The translations under genes and the position numbers were made by a program. A DNA stretch of 64,000 nucleotides. Source: Chiloscyllium plagiosum. Lineage: Eukaryota. The stretch spans positions 30,376,927 to 30,440,926 of the forward strand of contig NC_057720.1 in NCBI RefSeq assembly GCF_004010195.1. The letters are read 5' to 3'. Positions 26,701 through 41,700 of this stretch are shown piece after piece. The stretch's first letter is position 1. Each line of letters starts with the position of its first letter. Under the pieces are notes generated by a model that was not told the DNA's origin, did not search any database, and saw only the letters and a list, made by a program, of their open reading frames with translations.

Positions 26701-29700
26701 GTTACACAAGCAACAGGCCAAGATCTCTTTGAAAAGTGATCAAGTTCCAAGCGTGCTGCTTTGCAATAGATAAAATGGAGGGAGGGACTAAATTTACGCA
26801 AACCAACAAAATGTCACCATGCTGCATTTAAGTGAAATGTGAAACCTTGCTCAACTACATGGAGCTTATTTTTCTCGTGATCTTGTGAAGGTGGGAGAAC
26901 TGAAATTTTTGTGATCTTCAAGTCAACCCTGGCTACAATATGTACAGAATTTAATCATCAAAATAAATTTGTCCTAGTACTCAATCATAGAATCTCTAGA
27001 GTGTAGAAGCAGGCCATGTGGCCCATCAAGTCTACAACAAACCTCTGAAGAACTTCCCACCCAGACCCACCCCATCTTTGCGTTTCCCATGGCTAATCCA
27101 CCGATCCTGCACAGCTTTGGACTGTGGGAGGAAACCAGAGCACCCAGAGGAATCCCACACAGACAAAGGGAGAATAATGCAAACTCCACACAGGCAGTCA
27201 CACAAGGGTGGAATTGAACCCGGGTTCCTGGTGCTGTGAGGCAGCAGTTCTAACCACTGAGTCACCATGCTACCATTCCAGGTCAGTTAATCCAAAGAAA
27301 CACATTTCACAGATTATTGAGCTGGTAATGCATCTACTATATGCATCTTTCTGGAATCATAGCAACTATAGTGGCGGCAGGGACAACAAGAAGCTACAAA
27401 CCTGGTGGTAGTTCCTATGTTCATTACCTGAAGTTCCCAGAAAATGCTGCGAGTGTGACGGTGATAGTAATGCCTGAGAGGGATATATTCCACTGCATTC
27501 TGGGTGTCTCTGAGGTATTTCTCCACATGCTTAAAGAACCATGGCTTATAATAATAGCCAATTCTATTTATCTAAAATAAAACATAGCACACCTTTTTAA
27601 AGTTTGAATATAAACAGCAATGGTTTACCTTAAATAATAGAGACTGCAATGTTCAGTTATTATTGTGTGCTTCCAGTTTCATTTGCCATTGTTCATTCAA
27701 ACTGAACTGAAACACTAATTAACTTGAATTTATACAAAACTTTTAAATGAACAAATACATCCCAAGATCCTTCACACCACTGTAATTAAACAGAAATGGA
27801 CACCAAACCAAGGAAGGAAGATATTAGTTCAGTGTGACTAAAAGCTTGGTCGAAGGATTGGGTTTTAAGGATGTTGGGAAAGTAAAGATAGAAAAAGCTT
27901 TGGAAGGAAATTTCAGAGCATATGGCTTGGAAGACTAAAAAGGCACATCTGCCAATGATGCGATGAAGGGAGAAGGGGTTGCACTGGAGATGAGACTCAG
28001 AGGAATTATTTGAGGGCAGTTTATTGGAAAGGCTACTGGTATTAGGATAAGCATTTTTATATTGTGACACTGGGAGAATTGCACACAAGGTCAGCAAGAA
28101 CAGAAATGATAGTTGTGGGACATTTGGACGCTTGAAAATGACAAGCAGTATCTTAGATTAAATTACAAAACTTGAACTATGGGTAAGCAACCAGGAGAAC
28201 ATGAGCAAAGTCATCTTGAGATGCCAATGACTGACTGAAGGATTCAGTACAAGAACAGGAGCAGCAGTAAGAATATTATGGAGATGGACCTAGACAGTCC
28301 TTGTATTTGGAGGATATGGGATTGGAATTGGAGGATATGGAACTAGGTTAAAGGGGGTGCGAAAGTGCAAATAGAATGCTTCAATCCAAAATTGGGGATA
28401 GAATGAAATCAATGGGAAACTACACTATTTGTTTGGAGTGCAGGATATGGTTTTCCCAATATATTACTGAAGGAAACGATCTCATCCAAGACCCGATACT
28501 GGACAAGCTGTCTGATAGCATAGAGACAGGGAAAGATTTGAAATGAGATTTGATGGAAGCTGATCAAGTCTACAGAGGACACTGCTCAGAGTCAGCATAT
28601 AGATATTGAAGGGGAACAGTAAAGGCTAGATCCTTGAGAGAGTTTAGAAGTTAATGGTGCCGAAGAAGAAAATAAGCCATTTTTAGAGATGCAAAATAAG
28701 AGAGAAACTAAGCAAAAGCAATTTTGCTGAAACCAAATGATAAAAGATATTAAAGATAATTAAAATTCTTTTTATAAAATTTATGCATTGGGCCTTGGTG
28801 TCACTAACAAGGCCAGGAATTGCTGATCATCACTAAGTGACCTAGAATTGACTGGACATTGCAGGGTGGCAGTTAAAAAAGTTACCATATATACTTGAGT
28901 AATAGTCAACCCACTACTTTTGGTGAAATAACCTGGAATTTTCCACATATCTCATGTAAAAGTCGACCCTAGTTCTTCATAGATAACAGAGCAACGTTTT
29001 TGTGCCAGCCATCATTTCCCACTCTAGCTTTCCAGTCTGCCGGTTTGTTCCACTCTACTCCCAGTCTTCCAGTTCACTGGCTGTTGTGTTCCACTCTGGG
29101 TTTTCAGAATTACAGCAATTTGTTGCTTATTTTTCTTTATTCATTTGGAGATCAGTTGGGTTTCTGCTAATGATACGGTATGAATTTTGACGGGCATGAA
29201 TTTCAGCCCCTCAAAAGTAGTATTCATGTAATAGTCGACCGCTTAAACTTAACTTCAAACAGTAAAAACAAATTGACTATTACTTGGGTATGTACGGTAA
29301 TCACATTGCTATGGGTCTCGAGTCCCATGTAGGTCAGATCAGGTAAAGACAGCAGATTCCCTTCCTTAAAAGGACATCAGTGTACCAGATGGGTTTTTAT
29401 TACAATTGACAATAGTTTCATGATTATCATTAACTTTATTTAATTTCAGGTTTTAAGGAATTCAAATGTCACCATTTGACATGATGAGATATTAACCCCT
29501 GTCCCTCCAAATATCAGCCTAGAATTTAGATTACCAGTCCAGTGGCATTACTACTACCACTATGTTCCCTTGTAATGTTAAAAGATTAAATTGGAATATA
29601 TCTTTGGACATTAATGTAATATTAAAGAGTTAAACTGCACTGACTGAACACCCTGGGAGTGGGTGGGGACATTATTCATGCAAGAATGTGGATGACTCCC

Positions 29701-32700
29701 ACTCCATTTAGACAGTCATTTGCTACTATCCCTCTACTATTATCAAATTAAACTATCATTCAATCTCTTCCATTCAGTAATGCTTTCTAACCATCCCCTG
29801 AAGCTAGATATATCACACCTACATTGTTTGAAGGAATTACCTTGCCAGGAAATCATCTGCATAACAATTCCCCAAGATTAGGACATTTACATTTATATGA
29901 TTTCATCCTAACATTGTACCTGGGGTAATGTGACTGTGAGGGAGTATCTGGGGGTTGTCTTGAGTGGCATGTGACTGTGGAGAGTGGCCACAGTATGATT
30001 AAGCATTGTCAACTGACCTGTATAAAGGGGTTAAAAATCTCACAACACCAGATTATAGTCCAACAGGTTTAATTGGAAACACATTGGCTTTTGGAGCGAC
30101 GCTTCTTCATCAGGTGATTGTGATGAAGGAGCGTCGCTCCGAAAGCTAGTGTGCTTCCAATTAAACCTGTTGGACTATAACCTGGTGTTGTGTGATTTTT
30201 AACTTTGTACACCCCAGTCCAACACCGGCATCTCTGAATCATGTATAAAGGGGATGTGTTTTCTTAATTCAGAGCCTCACTTTGACTTGACTTCGCACGC
30301 CTGTGATGAGGGTCAAAGGGGGTCACCCAGCTTGTACAAGCATTAATAAACTTCAACTGTTGCCAAAGTTGGTGTGCTCGAATTGCATCTCGTGTGCAAA
30401 ACCTCAGGAAAAGAACCTAATATATGGTGGCACAATTCCAACACACACGGAGCTTCCAGGTGGACGGGCCCACAAAGGTAAGTTTTCTCAACTTTTCTCT
30501 CTTTCTCAACTTAACACTCAGTCGACCCCTCATCTCTTGAGACTCAGTGGTGATGGAATCTTTGAGGTAACTCGCACATTTGCACACCGAGCTGCTTTGT
30601 ATGAACCAGGGTTAAATCAGGGTTAGAGTCCATAGAGTTAAAAAGGGCGAGGGTCCCCGTGAGAAGTAAAGTGAAAAAGGAATTTAAAGTCCTCCACAGA
30701 CATGAGTTTTGAGGCTCCAAAATAAAAAAAGTTAGAATTTGGTACTTCTTAAAGTTATCGCCCTTGTCCCCCCCACCTCCCCTTAGAAGTACTTTTAGGG
30801 CAACATCGCATCACTGGGAAAAGGGGAGAATGTGGAGCTGGTCCTCTCGGATCTCGAAGGTAAAGTGCATTGACTGCCATGGAAGCTTTGTCCAAGTTTG
30901 TGTTGTGGGAATCTCAGTTTCTGGGCTGCGGATTTGACTCAGCGAGTTTTTCTTTTGGGGGAAGTGTGGCTTGGACTGCGGCATCATGTGGTCCGCTCTG
31001 AGAGTTTTCTCTTTTCTACAAGTGTAACTTCATTGAGAGGATGCAAAAAAAACCCCAAGAAACAATGAAATCAAAGTCATACTAATACTTGGGTTGAAAA
31101 GGGAAGTTTCAATGTATATTGTGCCATGCTGAGAGTGTTTGATATTTAAATATTTTGATTGTTAAAATACTGGTTCAGAAAATCCTTTTAAGTGACTGTT
31201 TTGCCTTGTTTGAATCAGGATCTCAATTGTGGGCGGCCCAGTGGCACAGTGGTTAGCATTGCTGCCTCACAGTGCCAGAGACCCGGGTTCAATTCCTGCC
31301 TCAGGCGACTGTGTGTGGAGTTTGCACATTCTCCCAGTGTCTACGTGGGTTTCCTTCCACAATCCAAAAATGTGCAGGTTAGGTGAATTGGCAATGCTAA
31401 ATGTCCATAGTGTTAGGTGAAGGGGTAAATGTAGGGGAATGGGTCTGGGTGGGTTGTGCTTCGGCGGGTCGGTGTGGACTTGTTGGGCCGAAGGGCCTGT
31501 ATACACACTAAGTAATCTAATCTAATATGTTTTGTGGGCTATGTAATAGGGGAGATTTTGTTTTTACAGCAAAATTGTACAGCATTATTTCCTTTTTAAA
31601 TTTATCAAACTTGTAACCTTAAATCAAATTGATTGAGGACCTTGAGCCTCTGAGTTGTTTGGAATTCTACAATGCCTGTTTAAAAAAAAACTGTGTCAGT
31701 GGTCATGGTTTAGCCAGATGAGCGTATGGTATTATAATATCAATGCTGTTTTTTAATGCAGAATCTCACAAAAAGAGTGCATTTTAATTTTGATGTTTTG
31801 TTAAGATTTTAGAGAATATTAGGACTTGAAGCCAAGCTGTTTAAATTCTTTCAATTGTTGTTAAGACTTCATTGGCCCCCTTCATATTGCAAATTCAAAG
31901 AATGTTGATCTCTACCAAAATTGCCACTGTAATTCCGCTGTTTTATTTGGAAAGTTTCATTTGGGGAACATATTTTAAAATGTTCTGCATTTGTTTCCCA
32001 CAATTCTTTGAAAAGGTGACGAAGGAGGTTAATTCTTTGAAAAGGTGACGAAGGAGGTTGATGAGGGGAAAGCAGTAGATGTAGTATATATGGATTTTAG
32101 TAAGGCGTTTGATAAGGTTCCCCATGGTAGGCTACTGCAGAAAATACGGAGATATGGCATTGAGGGTGAGTTGGAGGTTTGGATTAGGAATTGGCTGGAT
32201 GGAAGAAGACAGAGGGTAGTCGTTGATGGCAAAGTTTCTTCATGGAGTGCCGTCACTAGCGGTGTTCCGCAAGGATCTGTTTTGGGACCATTGCTGTTTG
32301 TCATTTTTATAAATGACCTGGAAGAGGGGTTAGAAGGTTGGGTGAGCAAGTTTGCGGATGACACAAAAGTCGGAGGAGTTGTTGACAGTGAGGAAGGATG
32401 TGGCAGGTTACAGCAGGATATAGAGAAGCTGCAGAGCTGGGCAGAAAGGTGCCAAATGGAATTCAATGTAGCTAAGTATGAGGTGATTCACTTTGGGAAG
32501 AATAACAAAAAGATGGGGTAATGGGCTAATGGTCGGATACTTGGTAGTGTGGATGAGCAGAGGGATCTTGGTGTCCATGTACACAGATATCTGAAAGTTN
32601 NNNNNNNNNNNNNNNNNNNNNNNNNNNNNNNNNNNNNNNNNNNNNNNNNNNNNNNNNNNNNNNNNNNNNNNNNNNNNNNNNNNNNNNNNNNNNNNNNNNN

Positions 32701-35700
32701 NNNNNNNNNNNNNNNNNNNNNNNNNNNNNNNNNNNNNNNNNNNNNNNNNNNNNNNNNNNNNNNNNNNNNNNNNNNNNNNNNNNNNNNNNNNNNNNNNNNN
32801 NNNNNNNNNNNNNNNNNNNNNNNNNNNNNNNNNNNNNNNNNNNNNNNNNNNNNNNNNNNNNNNNNNNNNNNNNNNNNCCATGGGAAATGCAGTGTTACAG
32901 GGACAGGGTAACAGAGTGGGTCTGGATGGGATAGTCTTTGTGAGGATTGGCATGGACTCAATGGGCCAAATAGCCTACTTCCACACTGAAGGGATTCTAT
33001 GATCTGTGCTGGTAATGTTTTTCTTTTTTCTTTCATGGCCAGGTCAGGCTCATCCCTAACTGCCCTTGAGTTACGCACTGGAGTGCTGTGTGCAGTTTTG
33101 GTCTCCTTTACCACGTATGGAGTCAGCTATTACGAGGGGGCATAGCTTTAAATTAAGGGGGGTTAGATATAGGACTGAAGTTAGGGGTAGGTTCTTCACT
33201 CAGCGAGTCGTAAGTTCATGGAATGCCCTGCCAGTAGCAGTGGTGGACTCTCCCTCTTTATGGGCATTTAAGCAGGCATTGGATAGGTATATGGAGGATA
33301 GTGGGTTAGTATAGGTTAGGTGGGCTTGGATCGGCGCAACATCGAGGGCCAAAGGGCCTGTACTGCGCTGTATTCTTCTATGTTCTATGTTCTAAGTATT
33401 TGAGATCTAAATCTGAACTGAAACTGCCTCTTAAATGGCTAAAGCACAGGGACATTTTGTTGTTTTCTTGCTGTTCCAGATTTTTGAAATACTTTTCCTA
33501 GTAGCCAAGTATTAATTTGTTAAAGGAAAATAATTTTTGAATAACCTGAATGAGGTACCCCTAGGGTTTGATTTGAGGACCACTGATTGTTGATTATAAT
33601 TGAGTGAATTGTTTAGGGAGTACAATTTAGAAGTTTGTGGATTGTATAAAACTTGATAATGTCATAAACAGTGAACAGAGTAACAGACTTCAAGATGACG
33701 GAGAATGTTGAAATAGACAGACACAATTTAGTGTAGCTAAATGTGTGACTAACTTCATACTGATATCCACCTTGGCAAGGAAATAATGAGACAGGAAATG
33801 CAAAGATATTTTCAGCAGCTAAAATCGTCTCTAGAGTTTCTCTATGCAGAGGTAAAGCACGCTTTGGACCATCACCCAACTTTCCACAACCTGATTCAAC
33901 TGAATCAATCAACTCCCCAGTCATGAGCAAAGTGAAAAAGTTAACAACAGTGAAGAGGAGGTCTGTACACTTTTGGTCAGTGGCCTTCCTATGGATGTTA
34001 CACGTACGTTTTACCTTCTCTTTCAATCATTCAAGGGATATGGAGGTTCACCGATCAAGCTAACATCAAAACAGCCAGTTGGCTTTGATACATTTAACAA
34101 CAGAGCGGGAGCAGAAGCAGCAAAGAATGCTGCGTTCACCTAGCCTGCTGCTGCACTGCATACTCAGATGCGCTGGTATCCTCCATCTGAAGCATCTCTT
34201 CAAGGATGGAAGTCTCGCTAGTTTTGTTATCTATTTATCTGCCCTTATCCAAGAATTCAGATATCTTCGTGGAGTGATATAGGAAGACAAACTCAATTTT
34301 GTTTTCAGGTTGGACTTTATTGAAGGAGATTTTGGAGAACGGGCTCATTTCCACTCAACTTGGAGGGTGTGGAGTGGTCATTACGTACTGTGGATTTAAA
34401 ACTTTATTGGTGAACTTTTTTTTCCACATGGGAGGATTCTGCAAATTCTATTTACTGCACAGACTAGTAATTCTTGTTGCTATAATAACTGCATGTTGTG
34501 TGTCAATAATTTGCTTAAGTACTGGCAGTAAGATTCTTATGAAGAAGGTGGTAGTCCCATCTAGGTAGTTATCACGGAATGATAAAAAGGGAGGAATGTA
34601 ACATTAAAAGATTAAATTAATATTAAAGAGTTAAACTGCACTGACTGAACATTCTAGGAATGACATTCATTCAAGAATGTGGATGGCTCCATTCCAGTTA
34701 AACAGTCATTTGCTACTATTCCCCCTACAATTATCAAATTAAACTATCATTCAATCTCTTTCTTCAGAAATGCTTTCTAGCCATCCCCTGAAGCTAGGTT
34801 TATCATATCTACATTGTCTTCGGGAATCACAGAGTCAGGAAATCGTCTGCATAACGATTCCCCAAGATTAGGGCATTTACATGCACATGATCTCAGAGGA
34901 TGATCTCATCCTACCATTATACCTGGAGTAATGTGACTGTGAGGGAATGGCTGTGGATTGTCTTGAGTGGCATGTGTCTATGGGGGAGTGGCCAGAGTAT
35001 CTGAAAGCATTACCGACTGACCTGTGTAAAGAGGATGTGTTTTCTTTGTTCAGACCCTCACTTTGAATCAACTTCACACGCCTGCAAAGAGGGTCAAACA
35101 GGGTCACCCAGCTTGTAGAAGCTTTAATAAATTTTAACTGTTTGTAGAAGTTGGTGTGTATGAATTACATCTTGTGTAAGAAACCTCAGGAAAAGAACCT
35201 AACCCCCTCATTGATATTGTCGATGCTGTGATTGAAGTCATGGAGGCAATAATCAGAAACTGCTGAATAAATATCGTTAAAAATATATCTGACTTTTGTT
35301 TTCATGAATACCTAATTGCCCAACTCAGAACAGAATGTTGACTTAATATGGAAAGATGGTTAAAAGGAAGGAAAATATTCAAAACACGCTCTATACTTTA
35401 ATCTAAATAAAAGCTAGATGGGTTGTATAGTCACCTTTCTTTGGTTTCTCTGTTAGCCCAATTTACCTTATCTGGTTCAGCCAGATCAGTCAACACTCCA
35501 GTCATGACCACAGCTTCATCCAGTGAATACAAAAGGCCCTCCACAAAATGATTTTCTTTGTTCTGGGATTCTCTACTGAATGTTTCACAGATTTTCTTCA
35601 GGCCCTGCACTGGCTGATACTGCAGGCGTACATACTTCTTAGCAGGAATGATCTTGATCTCTGCTGCAACAAGAAATCCGAGAGTACCACATGACCAAGG

Positions 35701-38700
35701 CACAGCATAAAATAAGTCTGGATTATCTTTCTGAGGACGAGAGAGAAAGTATTGTTTTAGTACAGTAGTCAGAGATGTTTCAGAAAGATTAGCATCCTCA
35801 TTTTTTAACACATCTCCAAAGTTAACTCAAACTTAAACCATTGAACAATCTATTTCACAAAAATATTCAAGTTCTGTACCACCAAACAATTTTATAGACA
35901 TTTAGCCTCCTCAAAGTTATACAGATTCCGGTAGTGTTGAGAGACGGAATTTCACCTCAATCTCTACTGAACATAGTAATCACTCTAAACGTAGCGCCTA
36001 GTACAACAAGGGAAGTCAAAGAGTGCCTGTTCTTCAACAGCTAGTAACCGCAGAGATACTGGAAAAAATACCTGCTGTTGGGACTCAAATGAAATTGAAA
36101 TGATGGGTGATTTAGTGCAAGCACCATGTAATAGTGCTGTAATACACCATCTGTACTACACCAGGGTCCCCAAAAACACAACATTGTAGCAATCATTAAA
36201 AAAAATTTTAAAAACAAATTGCAGATGCATTTGCATTTAGATAGCCATTGAGAAATGCTCCCAAATATTGAAATCACTACACATTCAATAAAGTTAGAAA
36301 TAGCAGTAGAGGAGCATGTACCCTCAAATTTGCTCCACCATTCAAGAGGGTCATGACTGATCTTCAAACTCAATTCCAAATTCCTGTCCATTTCCTTATA
36401 CCCTGAGGTGACCAAAAATCTGACCCTCTTTATTCTGAGGTACAAAATTGTCTTGAATCTGGAATTTTTCTCAGCAGTAAGGCCAAGTAGAGATTTGGTA
36501 CAATGTTCAAAATCATGAAGGATTTTGCTAGGAATATATATGGACAATCTGTCTCCAGTGGCAGAACGATCAGTAAACAAACGGTGCAATTTAAAGATAA
36601 AGGGCAAAAAAGAAAGAGGCATTTGTGCACAGTGACTCATTATGATTTGAAATGGACTGTTGATATGGTAGTTAAAACAGGTTGAATAGTAATCTTTAAA
36701 AGGATTTTGGAGAAACAATTAAAAGGTGAAAAATTCACAGGAGAAAAATCAAGGGTATATGATTAATTTGATAGCTGAAAAGCCAAATGGTCTCCTTCTA
36801 TGTTGCATTATTTGACAATTTTATGTCAGAAAATTTATATAAACAACATCTGGACTTTGACAAATTGACCCAATTTGCTTTTGGTTAAGAAAGGAAAGCT
36901 AGCCAGGGCATCAGAAGAATTCCTTTCTCTTTGAGTTGAAGCACAGGATCTTTAATAACCACTTAAACCACCATGACAGATGAGCTTGATTTAATTATAT
37001 TCAAACAATATAGTAGAATAGTATAAGAAACATTATTCGAGTCAGTCGATCTGAATTTTATGTGCCCCGCTGGGTGCGATTGTGGCAGACATACACACAC
37101 AAAGTAGGTTGGGTTATTGGCTCACCACCTTCATGCTCATTCCCATGATATACCATGTGGACAGTGCTGAGATCAACAGACCATCCCTATATTTAAATGA
37201 ATAATTATGGATAATTTTTAGGCATATTTGCCTGGTGATAATATACTGCTGAGACATAAAACGTCTGGAGTGGGCAGTTGGAAGGAATGGCTAGTCCATT
37301 TTATTATGACCTAGATGAGAAAAGATGGGAAGGAGGCCAGCAGACCCCGCCAACATGTCATCTTGCTTTCTTTCTGCAATGCCTCCTTGAGGAAATCCAA
37401 ACCCTGAGTTTCTCTCTGGCTCTAAACTTCCTCCTGTTCTAAAATCAAGGACCTCTGGTGCAGCCATGATTTTTTTGAGCTTCTTCCTGCAGAGCCAGCC
37501 GTGCCCACTACTGAGCATCAGCTCTGACAATGATGGAGCTGCCAGTCAGTCAATCAGATTGCTTGGCAGCTTCTCAGGACAGGACCTCTGCCCACTGAGC
37601 AAGTAAAGTGCCACTCTTAAACAACCTACAGTGTGTCATGACTATTGGTCAGACTTTTGGGACAGTTTGGCTTCTGACTGACCTTCATTCTGGGGGAGTG
37701 TGGTGGTTGAGGAAAATCAAACCCAATGGACTCTAAATTAAAAGTGCATGATGTTGATAACTGATACAATAATTGAAAAACAAAAAGGTCAATTCCTAAC
37801 GAAGATATCTTTCAGGGCCTTTGTTTTAAAAATAGTGAAACAGAAGAAAAATGAATGAGAAAGAAAAAGGGTTTGCACTACTAATGAACAACAACCGCTT
37901 TCAATTTCAGTTGCCATCAAAATAGACTTCAAAAAATAACTTATAAACATTGTTATACCTGGACAGGAAAGTAAAAAATGCTGTCACTTCATACCTCTGT
38001 ACATCTAATGAAGCTCCCATCAGCTAGGACCAATTCATAAGCTACACAGATGTTTTGGAATAAACCATAAATATGGGACGAAGACTCAATACCAGTTCCC
38101 ATGATGAGGCCACCTGAAAACAGATACTTGTTTAGAGACTCAATCTTATAAAGTTCAGGAGGTATTTTAAAACACCAACAAGACCAATTACACAAACAAC
38201 TGGTGAAATGCATCAACTATATTGAGTAGCTACTGCAATATGTAAGAAATTGAATTGAACCAATGGTGTTTGAAGCAACAATCAATTCATTCATGCTAAT
38301 TTTTGATCACTGATGGTTTGTAACATGTTATCAAGTGCTAATAATTGTTTTAGGAATAAGGCCTTTAATCATCAAATTCACACTGATGAAGGAGTGCCTA
38401 TATACTAAATGAAGGTGAAGATGGTTTCAGGACCAACCGACTCCATACCCTCACCAATGGGAAATTGACCAGTCAGCTTCTTAGTGAATCATGAGCCTCT
38501 AGAGTGAAGTACCACCTCATCAGAAGTTACTAACCAGAGGATGGCAGCTTCTGGATCCGAGAGGTCATTGTTGGAGACCCAGCAGATACAAATGCAAAAA
38601 AGGTACTGTTTTCTTTTGGGTGTTGCAGAAATGGATGTCATGGTAGGAGGGGTTCAGAGGCGAGGGCAAGGGGCAGTTACTTTACCCAATTGAACTAGCG

Positions 38701-41700
38701 GTGAGTTGAGGTCTTTAAGTATCCATCAATTTACCATAAGGGCTTTACCTGGCAGCAAGTCAAAAAGGTCCCCAATGGACTTTTACACTTGCACTTAACT
38801 GCTGAAATGGTGATTTTTACACCCTTCACCTACATGTAGAGGATAGTTGTACCATTTGTAAGAATGTAACAGTTAACACAGGGATCCAACAAGCAGTGCA
38901 ATAACTCAATTAAGTCAGCAGCTTTATGTATTATCATTAAACAAGGAAGGAGAATCCAAATGGCTGACATCTCACTATCTTTCGAAGAGTTTACATGATT
39001 TGAAAAAGATCTAGAAATGAAGAGCTCTCAAAATGTTTTTTTAAAGTAATTCTTAGAATACTTTTGAAGTTCCCCTTTCACTCAGGATTAAAAAAAAAGT
39101 CTGTCTACACGGTGTGATAAATATTTTAAAGGCTTATATTAACCCTAATCCAGTCATGACAGGAACAGTGTGGATGGACATGATTGAGTGGTGTAAGGTG
39201 GAATTGGGAATCGTATTGCATTTCCATCTTACAACATTATTCCTCACCAACCTGGCACAGGAAGGGCATCTGAACAAATTAGCTGCTGGTCTCTTTTTCA
39301 TGGAAAGTTCACAGGCCAATAACATCAGTGGTTTTCATCAGTAACTCCATATGAACTTAAATGAACAGAAGGCTCACAGGATGTCAGCACAACAGCAGAA
39401 CCTGTTGGGACATGGCAGAATGGCTAGGGGCCAAAAGTCGTAGCAATAGGAATACACCCTAAGGCCATGCAAAGTATACCTGGGGCATCTCAACCTTGGT
39501 CTTCTCTTTCATCCCCATACTGGCATCTTCACTTAGAACTAACTTCATGCAGGAATGCACTCCCATTTATTCCTAGTATTATTCACAGCTTCCATCTCCA
39601 GTTCTGCCTTTGTCTCTACAGATGTTACACCTGCAGGTGTAATCTGTACTTGCCCATCAGGCAGGTATATTATATCTGCAATGTAGACATCGTGCATTGT
39701 ACTTGGGAGAAAATGGCCAGTATTTCAGGAAGGGACAGTATATATATTAATAAGTGTACAGCCCAGATGTGACAAACACCACAGACCCAACTCAACCTGT
39801 AAGAGATTTTCTCGGGCTCACCAACATAAATCATTGATGTATTAATTCAATTTGTGGGGAGTAAAGACTTAAGGCAAAATATGCTCTAACCACATAACTA
39901 GACAGTGCACATATTTAACTACAACTAGGTCCACATTTTAATAACTACAATTTCAACAAGAATACAAAAATAAGCTGATTATTCATTAGCAGATCGCAAC
40001 TGAAAAACGTACTTGGCAAGCCAGTCCTTGAAAGCCGCAAGTACCAAACAGTAAAGCTTTCACAATGGGCAAATTCACAATCATTATCAATATTATTTTG
40101 ACTTGGAAACTACACACCCACGGTGAGATCATCCAACTCTGGAACCACTGGAAGAGTCCAGCCAATTGAATTCAGAAGTGCTGTCACCTGACCCATGTTA
40201 ACCAATGGTTCCACACGGACAACCTGCAAAAGAAATACCAGTGAAAACAGCATTTGCTTTCTTTCAAACAATTCACAGGTGAAATAAATAATAGTTCATT
40301 AACAAGAGCAATTTTATGCCTAAGTTGATGCCCAGGCAATTAAAAAGAAAAAGGAAATTGGGTAATTTGAAATTCACTCAGCTGATTGACCAACAGTATT
40401 CTACTCTTTCTTTCCCTTTTCCCATTGTTGATGGGGAAAATCTGTGTGGACGCTGGTTTCCCCCTTCAGGGACTGTGCAACTTCTGACCACGAACCTTAT
40501 TGTTAAATAATGCACTTTATGCCCACGCCCATGCCAATGCATTATTTCTATGCAGTGGCTCAAGACACTATCTTGCATTAGATAGAACACTTTAAATTAA
40601 AGTTAATGTGTTCACACTTAAGAACTGATAGGTTAAAATAAACCTGACTGTGTTACAAATTTCAATAAATATAGCTAATATCTGGCTCAAAAGCTGCTGT
40701 TTATCGCTGCAGCTAAGGCATAGACATCCTTATGTAAGGAGATTAAAACTGTACGTGGTAATCCAAGTGAAGGGGCTTGGTTTAGTTCAGTTGGCTGGAT
40801 GACTGGTTTACAATACAGAGTGATGCCAGCAGTGTAGATTCAATTCCCACGCTAGCTGGGGTTACTACGAAAGACTCTCCTTAACCTCTCCCCTCACCGG
40901 AGGCATTGTGACCTTCAGATTAAACCACTACTAGTGTGTGTGTGTCTCTCTCTCTAATGACAAAGCAACCCTATGGGTCTGGTAGTACTGTGATATCTGT
41001 ACCTTTAGATAATTGCAGAAAACCTTATTAACTTTTATATTTAGTCTCTTAAAAACTCCATAAAAGCTAAAACACAATTTTTTTCATCCCACAGCTTCTT
41101 GTCCCTGTAACGTTAGCTTCCTGAACACAAACATTGACTTGTTTAAAAAAAATCCTGTTTTCATTCTTCCAGCCAAGGTGGAGAAGTTCATGCTTCCAAA
41201 TTCGATGATCGATCTGTCATCTTTCGCCTCATTTAGCCAGTCTATATCCCTTTGTTGCCTCTTTACATCTTTTTCACACCAACCTTTGCACAGTCAGCCT
41301 AGATATATTACATTTGGTCCCTTTCATCCAAGTAAATAGCAGAGGTCAAAGCATTATTCCTTGTGCACTCCCCTAGTGTGCTTTGCCATGCCTAAAATCA
41401 TCTATTTACTTCTACTCCATCTGCGAACCATTCCTCAGCCTGTACCAGTATATTGTGGGCGGCACGGTGGCACAGTGGTTAGCACTGTTGCCTCACAGCG
41501 CCAGAGACCCGGGTTCAATTCCCGCCTCAGGCGACTGACTGTGTGGAGTTTGCACGTTCTCCCCATGTCTGCGTGGGTTTCCTCCGGGTGCTCCGGTTTC
41601 CTCCCACAGTCCAAAGATGTGCAGGTCAGGTGAATTGGCCATGCTAAACTGCCCGCAGTGTTAAGTAAAGGGGTAAATGTAGGGGAATGGGTGGGTTACG

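Larger units (their letters stand above)
29571..35184 (+). mobile_element. ERV-like LTR provirus, decayed and probably non-autonomous, in DHCR24 intron 5
   Basis: Direct repeats 29571-30422 and 34597-35184 both start TGTAA; TGG PBS-like at 30425; purine tract aaaaagggaggaa before the 3' LTR; CCCT at 29567-29570 and 35185-35188. Confidence 0.8.

Noticed and set aside
32408..33114. Long ORFs crossing 32600-32877
   Set aside because: Artefacts of the N gap.
36041..36718. 225-aa minus-strand ORF
   Set aside because: No recognisable domain. It lies in intron 4 over decayed repeat-like sequence.
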